Under the pieces are notes generated by a model. The model searched no databases. It worked only from the letters and a program-made list of their open reading frames with translations, and had not been told where the DNA came from. From Barthelona sp. PCE (lineage: Eukaryota), in NCBI GenBank assembly GCA_040285745.1, contig JAUFOR010000002.1, positions 186,001 through 250,000 of the forward strand: a stretch of DNA of 64,000 nt, read 5' to 3'. The first letter of the stretch is position 1. The number at the start of each line of letters is the position of its first letter. This document shows positions 22,047 to 34,049 of the stretch, piece after piece. A program made the translations under genes and the position numbers.

Positions 22047-22339
22047 TGTTTGATAAGAGTTACGATTGTTAAACAGAACAAATATTTCCCATTCATAGTT
22101 TTAATATGGTGTGGATCATATTGCATAAATATTATCCATATTTCACATGTGGTAAAGCACAGTACAATAAATTGGAGTATGTTTGAGTATCACAGACTTG
22201 TGTGGAGTTTCATGTTGTATTGGTAGTCTGAATGTAATTCCTATCATATAGAGCTCTTATACAAGAGGGATAAGTGTAATTATGGAGTGAGGATCGTTTA
22301 CAAATTTCTTACCTTTTCTTACCTTTCACGGATTTCATC

Positions 22340-25300
22340 ATGCTATTAGAATTCATATATGACAGAACAGGACTTCTGGAAAAAGATTTGGGTATGGTAT
22401 TTTGGAAAAGGAAGATTCTTTTTCTCATTCAAAAATATTGCGTTTAACTCACATTTAGACTCTTATGTATTAAGCAGGTTCACAGTAGAACAGAAGCGTC
22501 CCCTTATCCGTGAGTCTCTCAAACTTCTTATGGGTCAGGATGGAAAGCTGCCAAATAGTGAAATCTTTAGAACGGTTCACGTCGAATGGCACATGGAGCT
22601 CCTCACAGCTGCGTTTACGCTCAACAGCACACATGATAGAGGGCTAATTTCGGATGCTCTGAGCATTTATGCAAACTGGGCAATTGGTCTTGACACTCGC
22701 ACAGTTCCAGATGTGGTTCGTTCCAACGTTGAACATTTCCGCCGGCTAATTGCCCGTGCTCTCACCAATGTTTTTAGCTTGGAAGATGACACATTTTATG
22801 CTGATCATGTTAAGGCTGCCATAAGCATTTTTGTAAGTATCTTTGATCTTTCAGTGGACAAAGAAACAATCGGAACCGCGATGAGAAGCTTCGTTGGTGC
22901 CATGTACTATGTATTCGAGCATCGTGAGAATGAACAGGTTGTCGTTGAAGGATTAAACTCTTTATTCCAGACTTTTCTTGATCACATCTCTGACAAGGCA
23001 CTCTGGGATATCTTTTTTGAGTTTGTTTCATCTCAGATATCCTCTTCTTCTACACAGAAGAAGCTGCACCGTAATCGTCTTGTTATTCAATGGCGTATGA
23101 TGATTTTACACATTACTGAAGGTCTTGTTTCAACACAAGAAGGTGCCACACAAGAGAAGATGACGCTTTTCGTCCGCATGTTTCACTTATTGGGTAACCC
23201 AAATATTATTATTGATAACCGTGTATTTTTAACAACTTTTAAGACTTATCATGAAATAGCATTGCGTTTTCCATCCTTCAGACTCTTTAAGAACTGGCTA
23301 TTCCAAGCCATCACTTTCTTCAAGGGTGATGCAGTACATAGCACAAACCGTCTCAATGGTGTTGCATTTGCTATCAGAACTTTAGTTCATCTCGTTATGA
23401 AGAACGTAGATTTGATCACAGCAGAAGAGTTAGGTCGTTTCATTCAGTGCTCTATTCAGGTGCTTTGTTCGAACGATCTTCTCATTATGCACTTTATTCA
23501 GTCAGCTCAGGATCTCTTTAAGACCGAGTTATGTGGGAAGGAGCTCATTCTCCCCCTTTTGATCCCTCAGATTACCCGTATCCTCGGTCTTGTGGGTCCT
23601 AACTCAAGTCACGAAGATCTGACGGGTATCAAAACCGCATGTATCAAAATTCTAGCTTCTTTGCTCAATTATCACGGTGACACCAAGATTGACTTCCCAG
23701 ATCACCAGCACTTTGCCGTTTCTGTCTATCCTCTTGACGAGAGTCAGAAGATCAGTAATATTCAAAGTGTTCACACTGATCTTTTGAGTGACATGGCGGA
23801 AACAGCAAAGAACCCATTATTCAGACTCTCACGTACACGTTCTGTTCGCCTTGAACAGGAGACGATGAAGAAAGCTGTCTCAGATGATGATATCACACGA
23901 TCACTGAAGAAATTCGATTGTTTCGACGATGTTAAGGTTGCATGCTTGTTTGTCCTACTTGATTATGCAAAGTATGAGGCCGACATTCAACTGTTTGTTA
24001 ACGCTATTAATGGCGTTGCTCAACTCATCTACCAAGAGCACTTGGTGGATTCCAAACGTGCTTTAGTATGGCTTGAACAGTTTTTGGATATTTTTGAGCA
24101 GATTCCGGCGCACTTTACTGATTTACACATGGAACACATCCTTGACATGCTTCAGTACTTGTCTTGTACTGTTCACATAATGCCGCTGAGTGCTGGTCAT
24201 ATTGTCACATCAGTTATGGGTTTGCTTAACAACGAGATCCCTCCCAGTGTAAGATCTCGTGCTTGGTACGTCTTGAGCGAGTATGCTCTTATGCCCGATG
24301 ATAACAACGTATTCCATACTAAGGCTGTAGATTGTATTGCAGCCCTCACTCGTGTTCTTGAGCACCTGTACCGTGATCTCAACAGTCAAGATAGTGTTGT
24401 TCGTGATGGTGCAAAGCAGTTCCTTGCAGCAATCATTCGTAGACCCGTTGATTACTTTAATATTGACAGCATTTGTTCTGAGAGCGATTTAATTAAGCTT
24501 GGTATCAGCGAGCGCTCATTCAAGTATTTTGCAGTTGGGAAAGATAGTCATACTATGGCGTTTAATTACCCTCAGTCAACAAAGCTTGGCCTCTTTGTTC
24601 GATCACTGTCTGGTTCCAATCTGTTCACCATCAAATCAAAAATTGTTCATGAGGGTGTTATTTGTGAGTATGATTTTGTACCCAGTGCTGAGCCAGCTCT
24701 TCCCGATTACGACGTAACAGATCACATTGCACACTATCTTGCCGAGCTTATGGGTGATAAGGCGTTCTCAACCGTTACTTTCATTGATGAAGCACATGAT
24801 AATGAGCGTGTATATCTTGATATGATCCGCCCCACTTTAGATTTTACTCACCATGAGGGTATCAGTAATCCTTTCCGTCTCTTTATGGGTTCAATGAATT
24901 TACTGAATTCAAAATCCCCGCTAATGGTTTTGAACGGAGATCGTCAATTGACAGGATTGTTAACAAAGGTTGATCGCCTTCCTTCTCGTGAAATTTGTAA
25001 GATATCTCTCTTCTTTGCCAACGATGGACAGACTCAAAACGAGATATTTGCTAATACACTGTCTGATGAACCAGTTCCATTCAGTGACTTGAAGAGAAAG
25101 ATGGGTTTCAAGATCAATGTTAACACTCACAAGGGATACAGAGGTGGTTTGAGCCCTGAGGATGGTCCTCATTCGTACTATTACGGAGATGGTTCCCATG
25201 AGTTGATGTTACACATTCCTACAGAGATGCCATGTAAGGGTGGCCAAGAGATTCATAAGAAGCGTCATGTTGGTAACGACTTCATTCATATCATCTTTAG

Positions 25301-25658
25301 TACTGATTACAAACCGGGTACAATCAAGTCTCAGTTCAACTATGCACACTATGTTGTGTATCCTGTTGGAGATGGTGATGGTTGGACCGTAAGTATTACT
25401 AAGAGAGAAGAGATGCCTTTCCTTGGTCCACTTCAGGAAGGTAAGTTCCTTGATATCGCAGAAGCACTTGCGTTTAGTACAAAATTGGCAAACAGAAAAG
25501 CTAAGCAAACGCAGAAGGGCTTTGAGTTGTGGACAACAGCTCGTATCAACGCCTTGAACGATCTAGTCAAATGTGTTGCATCGGGTAGTTCTTCAAGCAA
25601 GCTAATTTTCGCACATGTTGAAAACGAGAACAAAACTTCTTTCTCGGATATGTTGTAG
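22340..25658 (+). CDS. RalGAP-like Rap/Ran-GAP domain protein (predicted exons 22340-22391, 22459-25658)
   Basis: N-terminal VEWHMELL...AF.L...ALSIY.NW resembles RalGAP beta. C-terminal RapGAP domain REICKI...HKGYRGGL...KKRHVGNDFIHI. First exon inferred from a GT-AG intron. Confidence 0.8.
22392..22458 (+). other. predicted 67-nt spliceosomal intron
   Basis: GTATGG...TTTAAC...TTTAG. Removal joins ATG 22340 in frame to the main ORF (G|AC = Asp). Confidence 0.65.
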
Positions 25659-25772
25659 CATTGTATATGTTTTTCAGTACGATATTGATATCGTACAAAT
25701 AGTAAAATATGGTTTTAAAGTAAACTTTGCATGTATTCCAATTCCCAACCTTTATTTGGATTCTAAGTTATA

Positions 25773-26702
25773 ATGTCAGATTGTGATGGGGATATTGACA
25801 GTTTGACGCCGCTAACACCATTAAACTTCTCAGAATCGGAGTCATTGAGTATTGCTCATACTCCTATTCCATCTAACGTAAATATGGGGGCAAGCACCTT
25901 TGTTTTGTCACATGATAGTCCTAGACTCTCGCTTATAGATAGTGAAATAGAGAATTATACATTTAAGTATGAGTTATCAGATGCAATCAAGAGTTTTTTC
26001 GTTCAATTGGGTGAAAAATTGTCTGAATCCAGCGGTATTGCATGTATGGAGAGCGAATATGTTGATTTAGCAGAGCGAGTTATGGAATCAAATGCAAAAG
26101 AGAAGCATGTGTTGACTGTTCGCCGTTTTGAACCATTTGATATTAGTATGTTTGAAGCCAGCGCATTATTCGGTAATGTACGTATCTTGAGAATGTTCTT
26201 GGACGAAGTTAGTGAGGTTAGTGTTAGATTTAGAACATCGGTCAACGGACCTTTTTTGATTCATTGGGCAACTATGATGAACCATAGAGAGTACATAAGG
26301 TGCCTCTTTGAGCTGGATGATGTTGATGAATTAATTAATTTAGTCGATGTTGATAAGAATACTCCCTTTCACTATGCTGCAATGTATAATCACACGGATC
26401 TATTTGATTTATTGCAAAATATTAGCAGAGATCGTTATCTGAACAATGATGGGTTCTCAGCTTTACACTATTTAGTGAGTGAAGGTGGTACTCAACTTGA
26501 TCTGTCAGAATTATCAGAATTTTTGGATAAATATCGATTATATGATGATCAGATGACCAACAGCAGTTCTTCATACACAAACCTGGTCGACCTTTCATTA
26601 AATTTGCATGGTAATGAATCAGAGATGACCCATGTGTTGTATCAATACGATTTCAATTCGTCAAAATTGAATCAAGAAAAAACCGGATGTCTTTGTTTCT
26701 AA
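25773..26702 (+). CDS. ankyrin repeat protein
   Basis: LIHWA, NTPFHYAA, GFSALHYL repeats; ends in CLCF. Confidence 0.8.
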   Translation: MSDCDGDIDSLTPLTPLNFSESESLSIAHTPIPSNVNMGASTFVLSHDSPRLSLIDSEIENYTFKYELSDAIKSFFVQLGEKLSESSGIACMESEYVDLAERVMESNAKEKHVLTVRRFEPFDISMFEASALFGNVRILRMFLDEVSEVSVRFRTSVNGPFLIHWATMMNHREYIRCLFELDDVDELINLVDVDKNTPFHYAAMYNHTDLFDLLQNISRDRYLNNDGFSALHYLVSEGGTQLDLSELSEFLDKYRLYDDQMTNSSSSYTNLVDLSLNLHGNESEMTHVLYQYDFNSSKLNQEKTGCLCF

Positions 26703-26724
26703 ACTATTACTTACCGTCTTGCAA

Positions 26725-27387
26725 CTACCCGTTCACTGTACAATTAAAAATGTGATCCACTATTTCAGTCACGAAAACTTCTTGAGTGATATTATCTTGG
26801 GAAGGATCAATCCCTGTTAGTAGAACTTCAAATTCCTCAATGTTGCTTAAGGGGTTGTTAAGAATTGCATTCTTTGTTTTTTCCACAATATTTCGTGAAC
26901 ATGTTCCAACACAATCTGCAATAAATCTATAAATATCTTCAATATATTCTTTCAGATGAATAAAAAAAGCCAATTGCGTCAATATCTTTCTAATACGTGT
27001 ATGGTTTACGGTGGAATGCTTCAGATAATGCTCTTTAAAATGGGTTCTTGAATTGGTTGGCAGTTCTTGAATCAGGATCGTTAAGAGTTCCGTCAATAAA
27101 CCTTCATCAACACCATTCTCCGCTGAACTGATGCTTGTGAGTGTGCTTGTGATAGCTTCTTGCAGCTGTTTTGAAGAACATTCACCACTACAGTCACAAA
27201 AAAGGATTCTACGACTGCAAGTCCGTGCAACTGATTCCATTGCTCCGTTATGTGCTCTAAAGTACTCAGACATGAATGAAAACGGTTGTAAAGGGCGGTT
27301 TTCCAGCATTAAAACAGTTGCATCCTTTAGGAGCTCGTTAAATTTTGATGAGCGTAATCCCTCAATGTTTAAATTCGTTGTTGACAT
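26725..27387 (-). CDS. TPGS1: tubulin polyglutamylase complex subunit 1-like (RIIa-like D/D domain)
   Basis: LLKDATVLMLENRPLQPFSFMSEYF dimerisation/docking motif. Confidence 0.6.
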   Translation of the reverse strand: MSTTNLNIEGLRSSKFNELLKDATVLMLENRPLQPFSFMSEYFRAHNGAMESVARTCSRRILFCDCSGECSSKQLQEAITSTLTSISSAENGVDEGLLTELLTILIQELPTNSRTHFKEHYLKHSTVNHTRIRKILTQLAFFIHLKEYIEDIYRFIADCVGTCSRNIVEKTKNAILNNPLSNIEEFEVLLTGIDPSQDNITQEVFVTEIVDHIFNCTVNG

Positions 27388-27958
27388 TACTCACGTGTTT
27401 GTGTTATTAGTTCCCGCTGCCCTACAATATAAAAGAACGAATAATGAATATTCGAAAGTGAAAAAAGAAGAGTTTCTTAAAACGTGTTTCAGAACTTTTC
27501 AGATATTTGTCTGAGTTATTTATTGTCGTACTATCCACAATTTGAATATTTGAGGAGATTTAGGATTGAAGTATTGGATCAATGAAAAAATCAGCCTCAA
27601 TTGTATTGAAGAAATTATAGCATCATGGATACATGCAAAAAGTAAAATTTGAGCTATATAGCGAAATTTGCCCAAAAGAAATGAAGTAAAAGATTCAAAA
27701 GCATGTTTTCTGATCGCCAGCAGTTGTTTCACCTGAAACAGAACTAAGACAAGGTCATACGTGTTATATCTAACTCACTTATGTTATTAACGGAATATTT
27801 GTTTTTGCAATAGTTTGGTCCTTTTCAAGTAAACCATCTACAGCAATTAAAAGACCTATGTAGAAACCGTCATGGGCGGCTCGAACCTTTGGTCTGTATG
27901 AACAAGCCTTGTAGGGAGAATTTTTGGTGTTATTTGTTTTCTCACTTCTTTTTCTTCA

Positions 27959-28759
27959 ATGACAGAAAGCGCACCCAAGAAGGTTGACTTAAAACCATTC
28001 CTCAACAATCTACAACTATTCGAGTTCTCGAACGAGGAACAATCTAAACGAGTTACCAATTCCATGAGCAAAACTGAGTGGATGGGTCTTATTGATGAGA
28101 ACCGAATCCCTACAGATGTATTGGACCAAATTGTACTTAATCATTTAGTTTTTGAGGGTCATAGCGATGTCGCAAAATGCTTCCAAGAAGAGGCAGGTTT
28201 ACCAGGACATCCTGCAATTGATGCAATTGACTTCAGGAGTACTCTTCGTGATCACATTCTCAAGGGAGAGATCGGGGAGGCCATTGAACTTGTTAAAGAT
28301 GAGCACCCATCATTTTTTGATAACGATACAAAAATCCCCACACAATTTAGACTGAAGTTACAATACGTTCTTGAAATGATTCGCACTGAGACAGATATTG
28401 ATATGATCATCACATACGTGCACAATGAGCTCAGACCACTTGTCATCAACGAAGAAACAGGCCATATTATTCAGAATGAACTCATTGGAATTCTTGAGAG
28501 TGTTCTTGTTTTACTAACCTTTAAGGACTTCGATGATCTGCCTAATGAGTACAAGGACTACCTTACAGACGATTTTAAGAATGATACTGGAGCTCTGGTG
28601 AATGCAGATTTCTTGAGCCACATTGGTGATATGCCTCCAATCAGTCAGTTGAGTGGATCCCTTCAGACATTGTTTTACGTTGAAGGATGTATCAGGAAGT
28701 CAAAGAGTTCCATCCCTTCCTTGAATCGTAACACCCTAAAGATGGTATTTGATGAATAA
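27959..28759 (+). CDS. GID8: GID/CTLH complex subunit GID8/TWA1 (LisH-CTLH-CRA)
   Basis: EW...I, LisH LDQIVLNHLVFEGH..VA..F..EAG, CTLH R..LR..I..GEI.EAI, F.LKLQ..LEMIR. Confidence 0.85.
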   Translation: MTESAPKKVDLKPFLNNLQLFEFSNEEQSKRVTNSMSKTEWMGLIDENRIPTDVLDQIVLNHLVFEGHSDVAKCFQEEAGLPGHPAIDAIDFRSTLRDHILKGEIGEAIELVKDEHPSFFDNDTKIPTQFRLKLQYVLEMIRTETDIDMIITYVHNELRPLVINEETGHIIQNELIGILESVLVLLTFKDFDDLPNEYKDYLTDDFKNDTGALVNADFLSHIGDMPPISQLSGSLQTLFYVEGCIRKSKSSIPSLNRNTLKMVFDE

Positions 28760-28812
28760 AACCTGAAATGTGTTATTAGAAAGAACACCCTTTCAATGAA
28801 ACCGATGCATAT

Positions 28813-29661
28813 TTGATGACAGAACGCGCAGCATCGGAATCGCCAAACCTAAGACAGATACGCAAACTGTCTGGCATTGTAGCAACTTACCGATCTCTCA
28901 AAAAGTTGCAAAGAGAACGAGATATGGCCCGAGTGTCCATTGTACAGCTGTGTGACAATCATGCAAGGGAAGGAGAGGTCGCAGGGGAGCTTGTTGAGGT
29001 ATATCAGTCGATGTGCCGAACTGATTATCTCATTTCAAGGACACACGAGAGATTGTACACTATGAGGATCTACCTCGCTGCGCTCAAGAGTCATAACTGG
29101 AGGGCAAAACGTTTTTACAAGGGAGCAAAACATACAATTTCGACTTTATATACCAAAAAGCGGTTTGAGGAAAGTGCTATTGCCGGAAATGAAGCTTCTA
29201 AGAAGAAAAACAAACTTACAATTGATTTAAATGCATCTATTGTGAAATATTTCAATTCATTATATGTTCTTTTTGCTCCTGTATTGAAAAGACCTAATTC
29301 TGTCATTTGTACGGAAGAGTCCGAGATAACTCCACAAGTTTTTGTCTTCTTAGAAGGATTTCATTTCTTTTGTGATGTTTTTTTACAAAAATTTTTGGGT
29401 TTACGACGATATTGTCTTTTTACGGATGAAAACCTAAATTATCACCTTATACAAGAAGAATTACTTGATAAATGTAACTCTATGCGTTCAATATTAGGAT
29501 TGAATGTGGATTTTTATGATTTTCAGCATTTAGTTGATTTAACACCCTTTATAGATTGTCTTAATCGATTAAAACGATCATTTAACCTTGATATTGGCCT
29601 TTCAGATTACGTTAAAGGTGAATTAAAAGAACCAATTGTGGTCCAAAAGGATTTTTTCTAG
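28813..29661 (+). CDS. hypothetical protein
   Basis: 282 aa ORF; no family recognised. Confidence 0.65.
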   Translation: MMTERAASESPNLRQIRKLSGIVATYRSLKKLQRERDMARVSIVQLCDNHAREGEVAGELVEVYQSMCRTDYLISRTHERLYTMRIYLAALKSHNWRAKRFYKGAKHTISTLYTKKRFEESAIAGNEASKKKNKLTIDLNASIVKYFNSLYVLFAPVLKRPNSVICTEESEITPQVFVFLEGFHFFCDVFLQKFLGLRRYCLFTDENLNYHLIQEELLDKCNSMRSILGLNVDFYDFQHLVDLTPFIDCLNRLKRSFNLDIGLSDYVKGELKEPIVVQKDFF

Positions 29662-29720
29662 AATAAAAATGTGTTTGCTTTTTCGTCCTTTTCATAGTTT
29701 ATATTTTACGGGAAACATAC

Positions 29721-30419
29721 ATGATTCCACATTTATTGGGAGTTTTGCCAGATTTTATTAAATCAAACTTCAAAGTGCAAGATATTGAAGCATTACGCGA
29801 AATTCAGATAAATAGGGTTAAAAAGCTACCAAAAACCGGGTTCAAGCAGGCATTAGAAAGAATTAAGGCTGTTGAGGAAGGTGAAAAACGTTCCAATAAG
29901 CCTATGACATTTAACCCCATGATTTGCTTCAAGGAACGGAATTATAACAAGAATGTTGAGAGACTAAACAAGGCTTTGAAGGAGTACGACCCAATGAATG
30001 ATGAACAAATTAATCGTACCAACCCTTACAAGACTATTATCGTTAAAAATCTTCCTAAAAACATTCCTGAACATATTATTGATGGCTGTTTGCGTCAGAC
30101 GTTCACTAGATATGGTCCATTACGGAAAGTTTTGATCATTCATCATCATGAGAAAAAAACTCCAAAAGGCTATGCGTTTATTGAATTCGAGCACACAAAT
30201 GATGCAACGATGAGTCTTCATATGAACAATGCAATGATTTTTGGACGTCATATAATTGTGGAACGTGATCAGGCGCGTTTGTACAAAAGACTTCCATCAC
30301 GTTTAGTTCTAAACTCTGGTAGACAATTTAAGAAGAAACGCGCCCGTCAACGAGGTTTGCGCAAGCGTAAGCTAAGAGAAAAGCAACGCAGATTAAAAGA
30401 GAAAAAGAGTTTTAGCTAA
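29721..30419 (+). CDS. SNRNP70: U1 snRNP 70 kDa protein (RRM)
   Basis: YDP..D....NPYKTIIV..L, F..YGPL, KGYAFIEFEH, IIVE...R...LP.RL. Confidence 0.85.
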   Translation: MIPHLLGVLPDFIKSNFKVQDIEALREIQINRVKKLPKTGFKQALERIKAVEEGEKRSNKPMTFNPMICFKERNYNKNVERLNKALKEYDPMNDEQINRTNPYKTIIVKNLPKNIPEHIIDGCLRQTFTRYGPLRKVLIIHHHEKKTPKGYAFIEFEHTNDATMSLHMNNAMIFGRHIIVERDQARLYKRLPSRLVLNSGRQFKKKRARQRGLRKRKLREKQRRLKEKKSFS

Positions 30420-33268
30420 CATTGTGTTTTTAAAATTTTTTCTACAAATTCAGTCTTTAAAACACCGTGTTTTTCCATTGTAACCAACCTCATTGAGTTC
30501 AATATGGATATACCAAGCTCTTTGCACATGAGTAGAGTATTTTGGGAGTCAGTCCTCTCAACAAAGAAATCCAAAATTATGTTGTATGTTTGTGAATCTT
30601 TAAGCATTTTGCAAATAATAATTCTTTGTTCGATATCTGTCACAAAACACAGAATACTGAAAACACATTGGTATTTTTCAATTATTTTGTTCAGAAAACT
30701 ACCCACTGTATCAAAATTTTCCAGTAAAAATTCACGATTAGTTTTAATAAGACAAGTGAACAGCACAATGTCAAGTGCTGAGCTACGACTATCCTGGTCA
30801 AGCATTTCGAACAAAATCTCATTGTAGTGACTATCAAAAAAAACTTGTTTCAGCGCCAAAATAAAGAGCAAACTAACGATATTGGTCATTTCAAATTGAT
30901 TAGAGATTGATGCAAATACTGCACTTAAATCAAAAGAAGCATCTTCTTCCTGATCAAAGACAACTCCATTAAGAACATTATGGTCAAGAGAAATCTCAGT
31001 ATTGATGTTCTTCAGTGCCATATTGAATAACATGTACGCAGAAGCATTGCTAAACGGTAAACAACTAATATACTGGAAGAAGAGTGACTGATGTTTATCG
31101 CATGCATACATGAGTTTCTCAAGGAAATTATAATCCTTGAACAAATTTTTTGCAATTGTCAAGTGTACTGAAACATCAAAAGAATTCATTAACAGAGTGA
31201 ATAGTTTAATATCTATATCGTCACCCCAAAAAACGACGTCGTAATAATGTGTTAAAAATGCAACTATATTTTGGTAGCGTACACTGAAATTAACATCAAC
31301 GTTGAATGGGTAACTGAATGTTGTAACTTCCGCAATTTCATCTTCATTCTCAGGACTGGTATCAAAAATATTTAGGTCAGGATGCTGTTCGAAATAGCGT
31401 CTTTTCTCTAACAATTCAACCAAATAAGCTGACATTAACAAAAACAGATCCTTTGTTGCCCACTGTTTAATACAACTTGTAAATGTCGAGAATTCAATGT
31501 TTGAAGGGTTTAATATCCGACCACGAAGTATGATCTTTGTAAAACCAACAACAGTCTCAACATTACTTGCCTGTAAAAACAAGGTTACCCATTCAGTATT
31601 CTCTATTTTATAACTACGACTGTCATAAGTGCTTATGATTGCATTGTGTAGTTCTGTCAACCCCTTTTCTTTTGCTTTGACATCAGCTTCAATGTTAATG
31701 AGATCTGAAATCATTTTTGATACTGGAACTGCTGTACGAACGATACAGTGAGAAAATAGATCATAAACACCATTGCTGAAGAAGAACCTTGCAATGTCAA
31801 GATACAGAACATTGAGCAACGAATCAAAACATTCCTTTCTACGCTTACCCAATAATTCTGTAAGCTTACTAACTGTCTCGTACTCTCCTGCACTTGTAAA
31901 GTGAGTGTCATGTGCCAATCTATAAATTGAGTGAATTATAGTTATTAGAATATCAACAAAGAAATTGTCTTCACTCAACATCGACATGAAAACGAAAAGC
32001 ATGACAATGGGATCACTTCTAGGTGAGTTAACAAAATAACTAAGCGTATTTTCATCCTCACAACATAGTGAAACAAAAAAATCAGAATTGATATGGATGT
32101 GACGAGCCATTAGTGCAGTCATACCCCAGAGTTCAACTGGTTGAAAAGACCTGAGCTGCCTGAACACAACTGCGCTAGGGCATATATAAAAGTATATATT
32201 CGGTGTTGTTCCGAGCTCAGAAAGTGGAATATCCAAACACACAACAACAAATGAATCGCATATAGCAATATCGAGAATTTTTCTCGATTGCAATGTTGTT
32301 CCAATCTCCTTTGCTCCCTCTTCCTGGTCAGTTAGTGAATAAAACAGGAGAAAACGGTCTTGGCGGACGCAGCAGAACACTGGATCACTGACAGTATCAG
32401 TGTACAGATCGTAGTCAGGTGCAAACTCGATGCAACAACAATTCGGGATGCGAATAAGCAGGTAAGTTGTATTGTAAGCACTACAGCACGTGTGTATAAT
32501 CTTCTTCAGACCCCTAAACGGCTCATGTAAATTGCTGAACGTTTTTTCTTCCAAGCAGTAGTACGAATCTTTATCCTCTTGTCCCCCTACTGTGAACGAA
32601 TCGCTTTTATCGTTGTCAGTTGTGTTGCAAAACTTGTACACAAAGCAGCATTTGTCACTATCTAAGAAACTGCAAAAAATTGCATTCTTCATCTCAAAAA
32701 TGCGAATATCAACAACATTATCATGTAGTAAATCCAATGACATATATTTCTCAATAACTATCGTCGTTTCGCCGTCACCAGTCTCAATATCATACAAAAA
32801 TACATTCCTAGATGCGTAAAGAAAAAAACGTGATTTTGTTGAATAGTTAAAGAAGGAACGGATCAGAATTGAACCGTCGTCTCTGCTGTCAAGCACATGT
32901 GGAATGTTATGCTCATTAATAGATATGAGCTGAAACCTATCGTCTAAAACATAACTTAACAGGATTGTTTTTCCTGATTCAAACTTTTCCAATGTGATCA
33001 GCACACGTTTTTCCTCAAAGAAAACAAAACTATCACAGAAATAACGGGTATTTAAAGTATGAAATGGGGTTAACGCTTGCCCACCCAGTTTGTAGAATAG
33101 AATGGTATCTTCTACCTGTAAAACAAATGTCCCCTTGTCACAAAGTTGAGAATTGTAATGCTTCGATGCAATATTCACACGATTAAAAGCCTCAACAACT
33201 CGTAGTTGATGTTCATCGTAACCAGTAGCTTTAAAGATCTCGAATTCAGTAGTTGTAAGTTCCTTCAT
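30416..33268 (-). CDS. large protein, possibly BLOC-2 subunit HPS3-like
   Basis: 950 aa, beta-rich N-terminus then helical. FFEEKRVLITLEKFESGKTILLSYV loosely resembles the HPS3 N-terminus. ORF secure, identity tentative. Confidence 0.45.
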   Translation of the reverse strand: MKELTTTEFEIFKATGYDEHQLRVVEAFNRVNIASKHYNSQLCDKGTFVLQVEDTILFYKLGGQALTPFHTLNTRYFCDSFVFFEEKRVLITLEKFESGKTILLSYVLDDRFQLISINEHNIPHVLDSRDDGSILIRSFFNYSTKSRFFLYASRNVFLYDIETGDGETTIVIEKYMSLDLLHDNVVDIRIFEMKNAIFCSFLDSDKCCFVYKFCNTTDNDKSDSFTVGGQEDKDSYYCLEEKTFSNLHEPFRGLKKIIHTCCSAYNTTYLLIRIPNCCCIEFAPDYDLYTDTVSDPVFCCVRQDRFLLFYSLTDQEEGAKEIGTTLQSRKILDIAICDSFVVVCLDIPLSELGTTPNIYFYICPSAVVFRQLRSFQPVELWGMTALMARHIHINSDFFVSLCCEDENTLSYFVNSPRSDPIVMLFVFMSMLSEDNFFVDILITIIHSIYRLAHDTHFTSAGEYETVSKLTELLGKRRKECFDSLLNVLYLDIARFFFSNGVYDLFSHCIVRTAVPVSKMISDLINIEADVKAKEKGLTELHNAIISTYDSRSYKIENTEWVTLFLQASNVETVVGFTKIILRGRILNPSNIEFSTFTSCIKQWATKDLFLLMSAYLVELLEKRRYFEQHPDLNIFDTSPENEDEIAEVTTFSYPFNVDVNFSVRYQNIVAFLTHYYDVVFWGDDIDIKLFTLLMNSFDVSVHLTIAKNLFKDYNFLEKLMYACDKHQSLFFQYISCLPFSNASAYMLFNMALKNINTEISLDHNVLNGVVFDQEEDASFDLSAVFASISNQFEMTNIVSLLFILALKQVFFDSHYNEILFEMLDQDSRSSALDIVLFTCLIKTNREFLLENFDTVGSFLNKIIEKYQCVFSILCFVTDIEQRIIICKMLKDSQTYNIILDFFVERTDSQNTLLMCKELGISILNSMRLVTMEKHGVLKTEFVEKILKTQC

Positions 33269-33708
33269 ACCACGTGCATTGAACTTAAAGTGTTTAGAAA
33301 AGGGTGATTGCTGTCAAAACAAGTTCTTTTTCTAAAGTTCGTATATCATTCAAAGAAATGGAATGTACCACCAAGATAAATCCACAACATTACCTTAGAT
33401 TGGTAAATATATTCATTATTGAATTGTAATGCAAAACAAAATGAACTACATACTATGTCCATTGTGAATCACCAACAGTGGGTTGGCGCAACATGTCTTG
33501 TGGTCAATCAGGTCCAATTTATGCAGAAGAGCCTTTGGTGATCAAAAAGGACCAGCAGTGCTTCTCGTGCTTCTCATCAACTATCAACAGCAGAAGTGAT
33601 GATCAAATCCCTAAGCCTGAAGATTCACTTAATATGAAGGAAGGTCTTGGTTTTAGAGCGCAATCTCGTTTCCATCCCTTCCCATCCTTTTTTTCTCTAA
33701 AAACACAC

Positions 33709-34049
33709 ATGTCTAAGGTCGACGTAGCACAATTGGAACAACAGTACGGCGCCAATGCCAATTTCAGCCAGTCACTGGGCGGTACTAGTATGTATCTTCA
33801 GCCATTGCCTTTTAGATCTAAAATTTAGTATATTCCACTACACCTGGTGGCACTGTATATGTATATGATCCAGCAGAGCTTTTGAAGCTTTCAGCCAGTC
33901 CCCTTTCAGTTCCTCCTGCTGATTTACCTGTAATTCCCGGTGTTACAAACAATTTCCACCCTGAAGATGTTACAGAAGTATCTGAAGACTTAAAGAATGA
34001 AGATGCTCATGATCACAATAGTGAAGATGACATCTTTGAGATGGAATAG
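33709..34049 (+). CDS. EIF4EBP: eIF4E-binding protein (4E-BP), two exons 33709-33787 and 33829-34049, 99 aa
   Basis: Spliced product contains SLGGTIYSTTPGGT, the eIF4E-binding YxxxxL-phi motif YDPAELL, SPLSVPP..LPVIPGVT and C-terminal TOS-like FEME. Confidence 0.9.
33788..33828 (+). other. 41-nt spliceosomal intron in the 4E-BP gene
   Basis: GTATGT...CTAA...TTTAG. Removal restores the conserved GGT-I-YSTTPGG. Confidence 0.9.

Noticed and set aside
33478-33828. 116-aa ORF from the ORF track
   Set aside because: GTG start and read-through into the intron; replaced by the spliced 4E-BP model.
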